Shown: one piece after another, positions 33,976 to 47,102 of the stretch
Position numbering within the stretch: position 1 is the stretch's first letter
Layout of the letters: each line of letters begins with the position of its first letter
Source: Tubiluchus corallicola
Taxonomy: Eukaryota; Animalia; Priapulida
Direction of reading: 5' to 3'
Length of the DNA: 64,000 bases
Assembly (NCBI GenBank): GCA_030141605.1
Contig: JAQGDQ010000111.1
Location: forward strand, 310,001-374,000
The notes under the pieces: model-generated
Databases searched by the model: none
What the model saw: only the letters and a program-made list of their open reading frames with translations
What the model was told of the DNA's origin: nothing
Made by a program: the position numbers and the translations under genes

Positions 33976-35377
33976 ATTCTTTTGTTTCAGCACACACATA
34001 CACACACTAGAACTTCAAGATGCTCGTGTAAAAACGACACCACTAGGCATAGAAGCTACAAACGCGCGTCATATAAATATTATCCATATTCAATGCTTGC
34101 ACATTGCAAGAGCAAATAATACAAATTGTCATACTCTGTTCACATAATTCACTGTTACATCAACATAGATCAGTTCAAATTAAATGTGCTCATTTTTGTA
34201 AGTTGCCTGGAATTCAGATAGAAACGGAAAACACAAGATAATAATAACACTAGAAGTCGGACCGTCGGAAAACGAGCGTTGGTCCTTAACACCAAGTTCA
34301 TGGTCATTAAGCAAACCAGAGCAAAGATCAATATCCAGGGGCGTAGCTAAAGGATGGGTGCCGTCCGCCCGGATAGCATTCGTGATCTAGTACACTGAAA
34401 AAAAGTTGTTAGACTAGGACGATAGAACGATACAAGACGTCTGCCAATTTGATTTTTCTATGACAACACCGCGCACTGTTGAAGTTTCTGCCAATGAGCA
34501 ATGGTAATATAATATCTAGTGCTTATCTTTGTAGCGGGTTGGCAGCCCTTTCCTTTCTGCGCGAGTCGTCTCCTGAAATATTACAAGTGCAACACACTTA
34601 TGCTCACACACTTACGCTTTTTCTGTGTAAAGAATTAGTGTAGCTGAGCATGAGGTGCTCAACCAATTGGGTATCTGGGAGAAAACTTGCGCGTTTTATA
34701 GCATGTTGTACTTGCATGGAGAAGGCATTTGGAGACAGTTTTTCCCTTTCTATTAGACTGTATTTTTTGCGTTCTTATTTACAAACCTCAAATTAATATG
34801 CTTTTTGTAAATGTAGTTATGAATTTATTTCTTTATTTCCATTGCCTGTGCCACAGCAACGCAGTTTTTCCAAAGAAGTATAAAGCTATTTTCCCATAGT
34901 TTTGTTGCTATTTAACAGTTTATTTTATTAACAGTTTAACTTACAATATTTCTACAAACGCTAAAGGTATTTAGATGCCTCTCAGACTATCCACTCCTAG
35001 CACTGCAAATGTGGAGCAGAATTTGTTAAATTTTTCAGAAACCGTGTTTTGTAGCAATTACTAAGTGTATTTCATTTCCTAACACGAAGCAAAGCTTCTT
35101 CAAACTTACATGTTGCACTATATTCACAAAATTAGTTAACTGAAATGTAATTGTTTTATTTCATGTCAGAGACTGCAATCAGAATTCATATAAAGAGAAA
35201 TGCACTTACATACAGTGTCTCTAAATTAGCAACGTATGGGAAAACGGGATCATATTAATGAACTATCTATCTGTAGTGCCAATCAGTGCCGAAGTACCAG
35301 TAAGTAAAGTCGCAACATTACGAATTCTTAAAAATACTAAGATGTGACTTTTCAAGGTGCTATATTTCTCTGGGGAA

Positions 35378-35453
35378 GCGGGAGGAGGAGGAGAACGAGG
35401 TGGAGGAGGAGGAAGAGGAGAAGAAGGAGGAGGAGGAGGAGGAGGAGAAGGAA
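35378..35453. repeat. (GGA)n purine-rich microsatellite
   Basis: Directly visible; source of the poly-Pro and poly-Arg ORFs. Confidence 0.9.
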
Positions 35454-38400
35454 GTGTAACTCCCTTCTCTCTTCTCATCCCACACCTATAGCTGAAAACT
35501 TTGTGTTGCAGCATTATTATAACAGTCCTGATTACTAATCAGTTCAAGCAGAATATTTTCTAACTTTTTGTTTATTTATTTATCTGCTAAAAATGTCATC
35601 TCTTTTCTATACTAGTTAGTTATTCCACTTCTCATCTCAGCTTTAATACTCGAAAACTGATATTTGGTTCAGTGTAATAAAATGAGGGTAGTCAAGAGAT
35701 TACGAAATATACAAAAACAAAGTTAAGGCTCAGACGTCGCGGCTGTTTGCTATAAAATTCAGCCAAGAAATTTCATTTGCTATGAAGTTCATACTGCTTG
35801 TCGGTAGTAAGGACTAATTTTTTGCATCAATATAAGTAAAAATTAATATTATAAAAATACCAGTAATGTAATATACATATATATCTAGAGACGTAGGGCC
35901 AGTGGTTATGCTGGTATGGTGGCCTAATGGTTATGCTTCTTAATTATTACGCCTTTGCTGCTTATAGCTTTTAAATTACTATTCGAGAAAAAATAGAACC
36001 GAATTTTGCACGTCTCGGCGTGCCAGTGAGGGTCAAATTGAGGTCAAACTCACTAGATAATCATGAATGAATCAATAATAAGTCAATAGAAAATAATAAC
36101 TGCTGAGCAAGATTAGAACGAAACCGTTTTTGCATGATTTTCAAACCGTTTCAGAGTTGGCCAGCAAAACTCAAAATCGCAGCAAACTAGACTGAACGTG
36201 TGCAGGGTTTTATAAATTATTTTTTGTTTAATTTCTTTTAATTTTCCTGGTGGGGCCATCTGTTGCCGTTTGTATCAACATAGTGAGAAGTAGGTCACTG
36301 TAACAGGTGGTTAACACCTGCGTTTTGTTCAAGTCAGATAGTTATTAAACAATTTCACGAATATTTTGTGTTCCAAGGTATTACACGATAAACGTATTAT
36401 TAAAATTACGCAGGTGAACTGAGTTTTTACGAGAATGTGGCACAGAACACACAGTAGAGACGTGTGAATTTTACGAACAGAATGACATCCGAGTGCTACC
36501 TAAAAACTAAATGAGAAAGTTAAAAAAATTACACTCCCAACGGGAACTCGAACAGCTGTACTAGCTACTACACTACTACACTACAAAGACACACTGATAC
36601 TTCAGATTTAGAAATTTACTCTGTAAGCTACCAGAGGTTTAGATGAGGTCCACAAGCTTTAATGACATTAGATCTTTTGATGACATACTTCTTCTAACTC
36701 TAATTAGAGTACTTATTTACGCAGTAGATTTATATATATTTGTAATTATACTCTAAGTCTAATACTGTTGCAGCGCCAGCTGACGGCAAACTGCAGCACT
36801 ACATCAACTGAATTTGCGAAGAGGGTGTATATGTCTGAATATTCTCGTGCTTAGCAGCGTGGACTTCGATCTTCCGCCGATGTGAGTTGTTGTTGATAAG
36901 CTTGTGTCGAGGCTCAACTACGGATTAGACATAAATAAATTGTTTTTAATCAGGAGTTTGATGTGTGTTCTATACTTTTCTCAGTTTTCTGTGTCGCGAT
37001 TCTAGTTTCAATATCCAGAAATGTGTTTACACGGCAGGCTATCGCACAACACCTCTGTTTATTGTTGGTTGCAAAGGTAAGCCACTGTAGTATATCAGTG
37101 TAAGACCAGAATAAGCCAAGATAGCCATAATTTTATTCTGGGTTTTATATTTGGCGCTTCATACTTAAGATAAATTTCAATATTACTTTGTTGAATATCT
37201 TATTCTGCGAAGGTGCTACGTGTGCTTAATTAAGGGCTGGAATTACCATAAATTATATTCCTGTCAGTAATTAAACCCATAAAAGTGTAGGCTTGATAGG
37301 CATCATATTGAAGCAGAGTGAATCATTTTTTACGAAATATTGATTACAATTTTAAGTGTTATGTAATGAATTACTTGTGTTTTTGAATTAGCTATCTATG
37401 TAACTATATTCTTGATAATCTGTTGTATATATTTGTTCACAACTAAAATGTATTTGTTGATGCACAGTGGAAAAACTCCGATCAGTAATATTACCGTATG
37501 TCAATCCACTTAAAAAAAATAAAGAAAGTTTATATATTGAGTATCCATTGTATAGACTAGCCCCATGTTTTAATCAGTATTAATTTAAATCAGTATTTAT
37601 TAATTTTTGAGATATATTATGCAGCTGAATAGAATGGGTTTAAACTAGCTAAATAACGTATAAGTGTATAGATATAGCCCACTTACTTCAACTCTTTACG
37701 TTAGTAATGAGTTCATGCACTTAATTATTATACAACAATGGACAATTGACAATTAATCTAAGTCCATGCCATCACTAGTAACAAACCATGTCTTATTATC
37801 TCGTTTTACTGGCTTCTGCAAAATAGGTCAAGCAAATTACATGAAATGGTTAGGTTTACTTACAACCTGATTAACGGCCTAATTGCTGGCGTAGGCCTAC
37901 TTTTGCTTGCAGATCAATCACTAAACTACTGTAGGCGACCAAGTTTAGTGATAAGTCAATCACCGGAAGAACGGGACATCTATACAGTTTGACAGTGTCT
38001 TGAGTTTTTAGGCTAAGTGGGTCAGTATGCTGGGTGATTAAACTGTCAAATGGTTTCCGTTTAGTAAGGTGACGTAGTAAATGTATGTTTTTATAAGATG
38101 TACGTTGCAGTGGATACAGTAATTCGGTAGTCTTCTTGAATCTTCTTTCCACTGATGACAAAAATCAGCAGCAAAATGGTGTAAATTTTCTAACAAATTT
38201 TTTGTTTGACTGCGATTTTCATTTGTGTACCTAAAACTCAAGACACACGCGTTTTTCATACTTTTTAGTTGTCACAATCGACAGTAGAAATCTTGCCTTC
38301 TTGTTGCTTCTGATCACTCAAATTCAAACGTCCAAGAATTATAGAAATTAACAAATAAAATTGGATGCCTAGATATAATTGTATGACACCCTTGCAAATT

Positions 38401-38893
38401 TATTTGACGGTGAAAGTTAGAAGACAAAAGTCGAATGGTCGTGATATAAGGCCAAAAGATAACTATAATAATTGACGTTTGTGGCTTTCACTTTTGGAAA
38501 TAAGTTGTAAAACTTACGATTTAGACTATAAATATGTGTTAGTAGTTTAGTTACGTGGACATGCAGAGGCCCTTTTAAAGAAGTAATACTTTAGAATATG
38601 TCACTATTTGCAGTGAAAATGAATATTTTCAGTTTTAAACTTTTAAATGCAAGTTATGGTGAAATTTCCGTTGATTTTCCACGCTAACTTGTAGGCTTCG
38701 TAGCTCACTCAATTAATGGTAGGATTTGAATTCCTTCTGGTTTTAATTAGTTCGCTTTTACTTTGTAGTCGCTCTGCTGACATTTGAAGTGTCCAATTGC
38801 ACCACCGCAGGCAACCCGAGTCAATGAACCTAGCTCCAGGACATCCACCACGTGGTCGTTGCCGTTGTAGCTGCAGTTGTTGTTGTTATTGTC

Positions 38894-39947
38894 ATGAGAC
38901 TAACAGGAAAACTCATTTGTTGCATTGTTCTTGTGGTTTTAATTCTACTGTCATGTAATCTTCGTTCCCAGCGACACTCGAGACTGATAAGAAGTGGTAT
39001 GTGAAACAGCTCATTCACGTTGAGCTAGTTTACTAACAAGATTTTACATGTTCACAGTAAGACACAGGTACCCCACCAATGCAACCTGAAAATACTGAGA
39101 TGGGTTACCTGTAGAAAATAATTACAGTGCAATGGTTTACTAAGATAGTTTGAGCATGGGAAGTACTTGCATTGTTCAGCTTATATAGAAGCGGTTTACT
39201 CAGCAGTTTTACTTACATGCATTAAATAAAATTCCAACCTGTTTTGGAACTCCAGTGGCATTCATTGCCCTGCTTGTGTGTTAATTCAATTGTGATAAAA
39301 TTAGAATTAAAAACACTTAGTTGCAGTTCCAGCGATTAAAGTACAGGACGCATTTCAACAAAATTTAGGAAGGTTCTCACTTCTTTGTACCATTCATTTG
39401 AAGCACAGCGTTCCAACACCAAGCTCAACTGGTTTCTTAGTAACCTTGTACGCTGAAAAATACTGTACACTAACTGCTTTTTGGCATTAAATCATCTAAA
39501 GAGACGCTTTACAATTTTGAGCAAAACATTTGCTTAGACGTTCAGGCATGGAACGTTTTGGTTTGGTATATTTTTGTTAGCGTGGGAGAGACAGCGGTTT
39601 GACTGTTACTAATTCCTGGTTAAATGTTTTCGTTTATCTCTGCAGGAACCACAAATAATTACATATGGCAAGCAGATGAAAGAGAAGTAAGTATTTCTTA
39701 ATGCTAGGATTCTGCTTTGTTAATGCTTCATCCTCTCATTCCTGTAGTTTTTCTCTCTTTCTTGCTCTCTCTAATATTCTAATATCGCAAACAAACACAA
39801 ATAGACATTACCACTAGCCAGAATGTTCTAGTAGAAAGACGAAGAAAGACCATATGTAGTTTCTATAGTTGTGGATTGTGGATGAGACTCCCCCCACCTT
39901 GCCGTGATTAAAACACACCTACATTCACTTCTGAATCCAGTTGGGTG

Positions 39948-40006
<59 letters not shown>

Positions 40007-43000
40007 GAGAGTGAGAGAGTGAGAGAGTGAGAGAGTGAGAGAGTGAGAGAGTGAGAGAGTGAGAGAGAGAGAGAGAGTTATGCAAATTCTCGAAGAAACA
40101 AACAGACATGCACAAAGAGGATGTGAAGAAATCTTGCATCCGGGTTGTGTTCTGCCTGTTATCGATTAGACCTAAGACATGTTGTGGACAACGTAAACAA
40201 ACTTAAAATGTTGTAAACAACTGATATCCTGATCCAGATCACTATTTTCCGAATCCTATTAGCTTGACCCTAGTGAAGCCATCTTCAAGCTTCGTCTGTG
40301 AAGCACGTTTTTTAGGTTCACTCTAGTGAACTCCAATCTGTTCTTAAACACTATTTTTCAATAAGGATGAATTCTTATAACTACATGGTTAGAGTGGTTT
40401 GAAACAACTGAATAGAGTACTGCGTGAGAATATGACTTCGATGTTCCCATCTTTCCAAAAAGAAGAGTCATTCTAGAGCTGTTTTATAATGACTGTGTAT
40501 TGTAGCAATCGTTTCTCTTCCTGTAGTCAAAGAGCTGTATAAACGTCTGTTGCAATAATCTAGGCTGCTTAATCCAGGGCTATTTGGAAAATATTTTCTT
40601 TATTGAAACTTGCGTAAGACAATATGAAAAAACATTGTTATTGTGTTTTTTCTATAAAACGTTTGATGTTATAGTTAATTCACTTTACAAAATTGCTCAG
40701 CTGGAAAATTTAAATGCTGATTAGGGTTTTTAAATTCATCTTAAATGGTTGAGCTTATGACTTCTGTGTTATTTTTTTCTGCATATGACATGACTTTGTA
40801 GAACTGCAAACTGTTTTGCAAATTCTTACTTTGTCTTTGTGATTTTTCAAATTCACAACCGATTTTCTCTTTTTACTATGCTAATTCTGTTGACCTGTTG
40901 ATTTAACAACGATTTTAATTAGAAAACGTACTGTATAATTTACAATCAAAAGTTTCCAAGGTTTCGCAGCCAAAAGTTGCTAAAGCTTTTATCCTGAATA
41001 CCAATTCGAAAGATTCCCCTTTAAATGTTATGCAATTTATTGTTCTGATTTTGTATTGAGTATGTTTTTCATGTCAACTTTGTGTTTAACTGTTGTGCAA
41101 TTTTGAATGGATCTTTCACTGGTTTGCAGACAATTGGAGCTTTTCAGTTGCCAAGTAATGCATGATTGTTGCTTAACTTTCCATGTTGGTGACGTCTAAA
41201 ATGTGCAGCACAGCTTGTTAATGTTTCATAGTCACAAATAAGAAAAAAAACTATAACTTATAGGTCTTTTTTCTTATTTGTTTGGTATTGGTGATGTTCT
41301 TCTTTGCAGCAAACTGAGGCTGTTTTGCCTGCAGCTCCAAAGCAAATGCTACAAAGTCCACAGAGAGTTGAAAGCAATGTTGCTCCTTCCCAGGTATTCT
41401 AGCCGATTTAGTGAAGTTCAACTGAACGCATAATATTTTTACAGTATTTTGGCTTAATTGAAATAATTACTTTTCAAAAATATGTCTTTTCAATTTGGCA
41501 CAGTGACTAAAGATATAAGACCCAAGAAGAATTTATGACTTGATAACATTAGCAATGTAAATTTTCTACAGGTATTTACGTTGAATTAAACCATTTTGCA
41601 CTCAAAGTCAAAACACTAAAATGGTCTTCCAGAACCCAGCAGACTCTTCTTCATTATGCAGCACGTTTTACCACGAGCTCCAGAAATTTTTCACAAACAA
41701 ATACTTTGTAACTGATCAAACTATTGCTTGACGCAATTCTGTAAACATTGAAGTTGTGTATTGGGTACTGTAGCCTTTAAATAGTGCTTGTACTTCCTTC
41801 CAATGAATGACATAGCATGTTCTGCATCTGGTCCATTTGGTACGTGGGGTTTAGTTTATAATGTCATAGATCTGTATGCTTTCTATACTAGCGTGTTGTC
41901 TGGCCATGTGTAAGTGTAAACTATTATTGGACTAGTGCAAATTAACGTAACTATAAAATTGAGTTTGTATTACTAAGCAAGGCGCCATTCGTGCTTGTAT
42001 AAAGCAATTAACCTGCACATCCACTTGCTTTCACGTTTAAATTAGGTCCATTGTGTAAATAAAACAAAGAGCTAAATGATGTTGGCAGAAGACCAGCAAA
42101 TGCTAAGGCATGTTGCTTGGCATAAATTATTGGAGGTGTATGAAATGTATAATTTTCCTTTATATACATTTTATAGCGTGTTCAGATGTATAGACTTCTC
42201 TGGAACTTGTTGCACAAGAATTTGTTAGAGGTCTCTATGTCTGAACATGCCTTAGAGAGAAATTGCACAAGAAGTTGCGAGAGTGGCCTCTACATCTGAA
42301 CGCACTGTTAGCTGCATGCTAATATAGGTCTTTGTGGTAGGACCAAAATCTTGCTCATTATCAAGGGTAATCATCTAACGAGAGAACTGACAGAAGTGTC
42401 TTAATCTGATTTAGATTCATTTATCAGTATAATAATATCATTTATCTGTAAATAAGCTTTGTGAACTGGTGTTTGCAGTTTGGTAAAGTCAAAAACATTT
42501 AGTACATGTTTTGAAATGTCACTTTTTATTTTTGGATAAAGGTGCCAACGTTGCTTCAGGTAAAAACGACCAGCCACATGGCAATAATGACAACAATGAG
42601 GACAACAATGAGGACAACAACGACACAGCTAGCACAAAACGTTAATGATGTCGAGATAATCAAAATGCAAAAACGAAGAAAGAATATCGTGGAAAAGGTT
42701 AGAATAGCATTCGTTTGCAATGCCTCACATCTTCTCTTGATGGGTGACACTAGAGCTTTGGTGACAACACTGCTGCAGTGGCAAACGCAGGATGCAAATG
42801 GCTCTTCATAGTATTATTGTGGCAGTTGTCACACAAGCACAGCCTGGGTTAGAAGGTCACTCTACTTTCAATCTAAAGTACTTTCTTCAACTATTCTCCA
42901 ATAAAATACCAATACTATTGCTACTCAATTTTCTAATATTTTGGGATTGCAAATTTTAGGAAGCTCGAGTTCATCAAGAATGTCAATAGAGAGAAATCGT

Positions 43001-43855
43001 AAGCTAGCAGACAGGAATAAAAGTGAAAGATTGTCTTTAGGTGATGTACTAATTCCATTAATTCTGTGTTTTCAGATCTGCCAAAAGTACAATATTTCAA
43101 GGGTGGTGCAAACCAACACATTAGATCACTTAATAGTTGACGATGACCATAAGCTAATTTACTGTTATGTGCCAAAGGTGGCCTGCACAAATTGGAAACG
43201 TGTTATGCTGGTGCTGTCTGGGATTTTTGGGAAGAACATTACGGATCCCTTACAGATAGCAGCTGATCAGTCGCACATCAAAGACCGCTTGCCAAATTTA
43301 AGCCTCTTTACAAAAGAGGAGGTTGAGAGTCGACTAAGGGAGTACACAAAGTTCATGTTTGTGCGACATCCATTTGAACGACTCCTCTCTGCGTTCAGAA
43401 ATAAGTTTGAGAAACCTTATACTGACTATTTCCTCATTAGGTACGGTCGGAACATCATTAAGAGGTACCGCAAAAATCCATCAAAGGTATCTCTTCAAAA
43501 GGGCAGCGGTGTGACTTTTGCAGAATTCGTGCATTATCTGGCAGATGCAAAAGCAATTGCTGCTGACGGCTACAATGAACATTGGGCGCAATACAATAGT
43601 TTATGTAACCCTTGCTCAATTCGTTTTGACGTAATAGGTAAATATGAGACGCTTAATGATGATGCTGACTTTGTGTTAAGGAGTGCAGAAGTGGACGGTT
43701 TGGTCCAATTTCCAACTAGGCGCATGCGAACTCGGACCGGGGATTTGGTGCGACAGTACATGGAAAGTGTTCCAGCATCAGATATAAAGAATCTGATTAG
43801 GGATTACAGACTTGATTTTGAGATGTTTGAATATGCGTGGCCAAAAAGGTCATGA
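38894..43855 (+). CDS. Carbohydrate sulfotransferase, CHST11/HNK-1ST (Sulfotransfer_2) family, ~387 aa
   Basis: Exons 38894-38996 (MRLTGKLICCIVLVVLILLSCNL signal anchor), 39646-39686, 41310-41393, 42542(or 42560)-42697, 43076-43855; phases compatible. 5'-PSB motif YCYVPKVACTNWKR, 3'-PB motif FVRHPFERLLSAFRNK, NEHW, LCNPC.I.FD.IGKYETL..D, Y..DF.MF.Y. Probable 5'-UTR exon ends at 37076. Confidence 0.92.
39950..40077. repeat. (GA)n/(GAGAGAGT)n microsatellite
   Basis: Directly visible. Confidence 0.95.
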
Positions 43856-45780
43856 CGAAAAATGTGTTTATAGGTCTCCAGTTTTAGAAATGCTGTAATT
43901 TAGAAATTTACTGAGGATTACACCATTTATTATGAGAGTGTCTGAGAGAGAATAACGTCTAGAAACTGTCATGGTAGTGTGAATTTCGTTAGTTCTTCAA
44001 GGACGTTTCTCTTCATGCAACTGGACAGTAACATCGTGTTTCTCGGCAGTAAGCTGCAAACATTCTGTTTTTGCACCAATTTCTTGGATCACAACAATCT
44101 TTGATCAGCCAGATATCACCAAACATCAGAGACTAAGAGCTGAAATTGTTTCGACAGCATTCCGGGGAGTGTTTATGGAACGTAGTGCAATCCTCATTCA
44201 CAGGGCTTTGTGTGGGCCCTAAAGACAGTTCAGTGATTGGATTTTTTATAATCTCGTCAGTGTTTGACCTATGAGCCTGAAACTATTGCAGCAGCTTATG
44301 GGGTGAGGTAACCCCTAATTACACTATTAACACTTTTTGGACACACGATTAACTTTTCGGATACAGGCTGGGCATGGGAGTTTTGTTAACTTTTGTGTTT
44401 CAATCATCCAGGTTGTCAAGGGTTTGAGTCAAAGAAGGAAACCAGCAGAAAAGAGTGATTGTCTATAAAAGCTTATTGAAACATGGTAAGATCCACGTGA
44501 TACATGTAATAAAGAAAAAGTAGATTTCAAATTAAATAGTGTCATTCAGCAGCCATTATATAAAAGAAATGCATGGTGAGGTACTAGATTGTGACGAAAT
44601 TTTTATTAAAGTGCCGTGATAGGGAAACTTGTATTTACAAGAAATCAGTATTTTTTAATTTTTCATCGAATCCTTTATCAGTTAGAGCACCAGCTCATGA
44701 CCTGAAATAGACATCTGTTAATTTCAGCAAATTTGTGTTAAAACTAAAATGATGACTCTGCATAATTCTCTTGTAAATGTCATTACATGGGTTGTGATTT
44801 TCATTCTACACAATTGTAGTAATTTTATAAGAACTGTGAAATAAAAAAAGTTTATTACAGTTATTTTTATACCGTGTTTGGGCAGTTATTCAAATTCGTT
44901 ATGTACTAGTCACAGTTTAGTGAACGTGCTCGTTAGTTTAGTGCATGTTGGGTTGTAGTGGGTGAAGCGAGGTACTGAAATTCAAAGCTGCAAGGTCAAA
45001 AAACACGAAAAACCTATGTTGCATATTAAGGTTCAGATGTAGCGTGCCATTGTCAGCACCCCGTATTTTCACTTAATAGTATCGATAATATTCAATACAA
45101 TAAGGCTTTTTCCTTTAGTTCTTTATACTTGTACGGAACTAGAGCACGTAAAGGTAGTACTGTTTGCTTCACAGCCCAGCGCAGTGCGCTTACAGCTCAA
45201 GCAATGCGATGGTTGGCTGTTGTACGTATGCAGCCATGGGAACATGTCTGAGCCCGGGCAGAGAAAGTACTGTCGCTCACACCGTTTGTTGTCAGTTGTC
45301 GCATGCCTGCCGCGTATGGATCAAGCTTGAACTGCGACAATTTAGGCTATTAGCAGGCAAAAAATATTTTTTTGTTTAGGATTTATCAAGTTTATGTATA
45401 AATTTTCGTACGTTTTTTTGTTTAAAATTACAATTACAACATTAAAATTACATATGTTTGTTTCGTTTTACACAGTCTTAAAACAATGGCTAAAAAGTTT
45501 TGTGAAACAGTACCCCATTAATTTTAGCTACGAGCCGCCATTGCCCAAAATCACAATACGATGCAACCGCTGCACCAGCCAACCAAAGGGGTAAAACAGA
45601 AAATCTAATTTATACACAATATGATGAGTGTTAGTTGGGAGGAGCATGTTGCCGTTGTTGGCAATATAGCCAGCTCTCAGCTTGGCTATTTGGGCCTCAT
45701 GGGAGCGTCCACTTAAGCCCAGATGATACGTAGTAACTGCTTATGACTACTTGCCATAACAGTGAATTACGTATAGTAGT

Positions 45781-46140
45781 GAATTTTCACAATTTCAGCA
45801 ATTGATGACAATAGTAAAAAGGTCAAAGGTTAAGTGACCAGCAAAGCATTTGTGTGCAGTTGACAACGCCCCGTAGCCCATGCTGTTGCAATAGCGATAG
45901 TTTTAATAGTTAGCTAGAACCTTACTTAGTTCATTTCTTCTTGTTTCCAAGCAAGATCCTGATAGTAAATCACTCTACGCGCAGGCAAGTAATGTCCTCG
46001 TAAAACAGCTGAAGCTACTAAACTAATGCGACAGACGGCTTTGCTTTACACACTTGTCGCGTGACGGTTGTAGTTAAGACACTTAACCTTTGGCCTACAG
46101 CAACTGCGCGTGCGCACAACGAAACTGTCAAAAGCCTTAT
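45781..46140. mobile_element. MITE family with ATAAGCCTTTT... TIRs, copy 3 (inverted)
   Basis: CACTTAACCTTTGGCCTACAGCAACTGCGCGTGCGCACAACGAAACTGTCAAAAGCCTTAT is the reverse complement of the left ends of copies 1 and 2. Confidence 0.75.
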
Positions 46141-47102
46141 TACATTTTTCTGCATGATATTTCACTTCAAGAATATGTACTTGGCAGCAACTTCAAAAAA
46201 CTCACTAATTACCAAAAGGTTCAATCAGAGAAGCCCACAAAGTTATTATAATTTATTATTTACGTCTAAATACATTAACAACATCAACATTAAAAATAAA
46301 AAATAACCCTTCTTAAAATGCTTGCTTGAAATCCTATAGAACATTTTTCTTTTTTAAGTAAGCCGGAAGAAAGAATTTATTAAAAATAAATTTGATTGAT
46401 AAAACGCACTTTTTTTCAATACCCGGGATTCCTTTTTGAGTTATGCAATCTGCCTTGAGCGGTTTCTAGTGAGTGTAAGATATCTTCAGTAATGAGAGAC
46501 ACTCATTTCTCGCTCAGTATAGGTCTATTCAAGAAAAATATTGTACTACTATGAAAAGCAGAATGGCGGCGTAGTTGCATAGCATTCCACAGTTCAAAAG
46601 CGAGGCCTGCACTTGTTACGATTATATAATATAAGATATATATATATATATACACGCGCACAGACGCACACAAGCATGCACGCACGCACGCGCACAAGCA
46701 CACAAGCACGCGCGCGCATACATATACCTGGAAATGATTTTTATGACGAGAAACGTATCAATCAGTAAATAAACATATCTCACAATAAAGAAATGGAAAA
46801 AAATGCAACATTCTAGTATACCATTGCATTACGTTCAAGTGAAAGAAAAAGGAAAAAAAGAAAATCAGTAAAAATATACATTTTTTGATGAAAAACGATT
46901 AGTGATTTTTGTGCTGTTTCTTCTTACCTGAAAATACTACATACTGAAGTGTCAAAGGACTTTTATTTTTTATTGTTGGGTAGTTTTTGTTAGTTTATAT
47001 ACCTAATTATGGTTCTACATACATCTACAAACAACATATGCACAAAAGCAAGGAGGAAAGAAGTAATTCGTCAAAAGTGAAAATCACATATCAGCTTTTT
47101 GA

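Noticed and set aside
37464-38300. Transib/RAG-like element (CACAGTG heptamer plus weak coding-like remnants)
   Set aside because: CACAGTG occurs several times in the window by chance; no partner TIR, nonamer or catalytic motifs found.
42941-43075. N-terminus of the 304-aa sulfotransferase ORF as given in the track
   Set aside because: Intron read-through; the exon starts after tttcAG at 43076 and the signal anchor is encoded at 38894.
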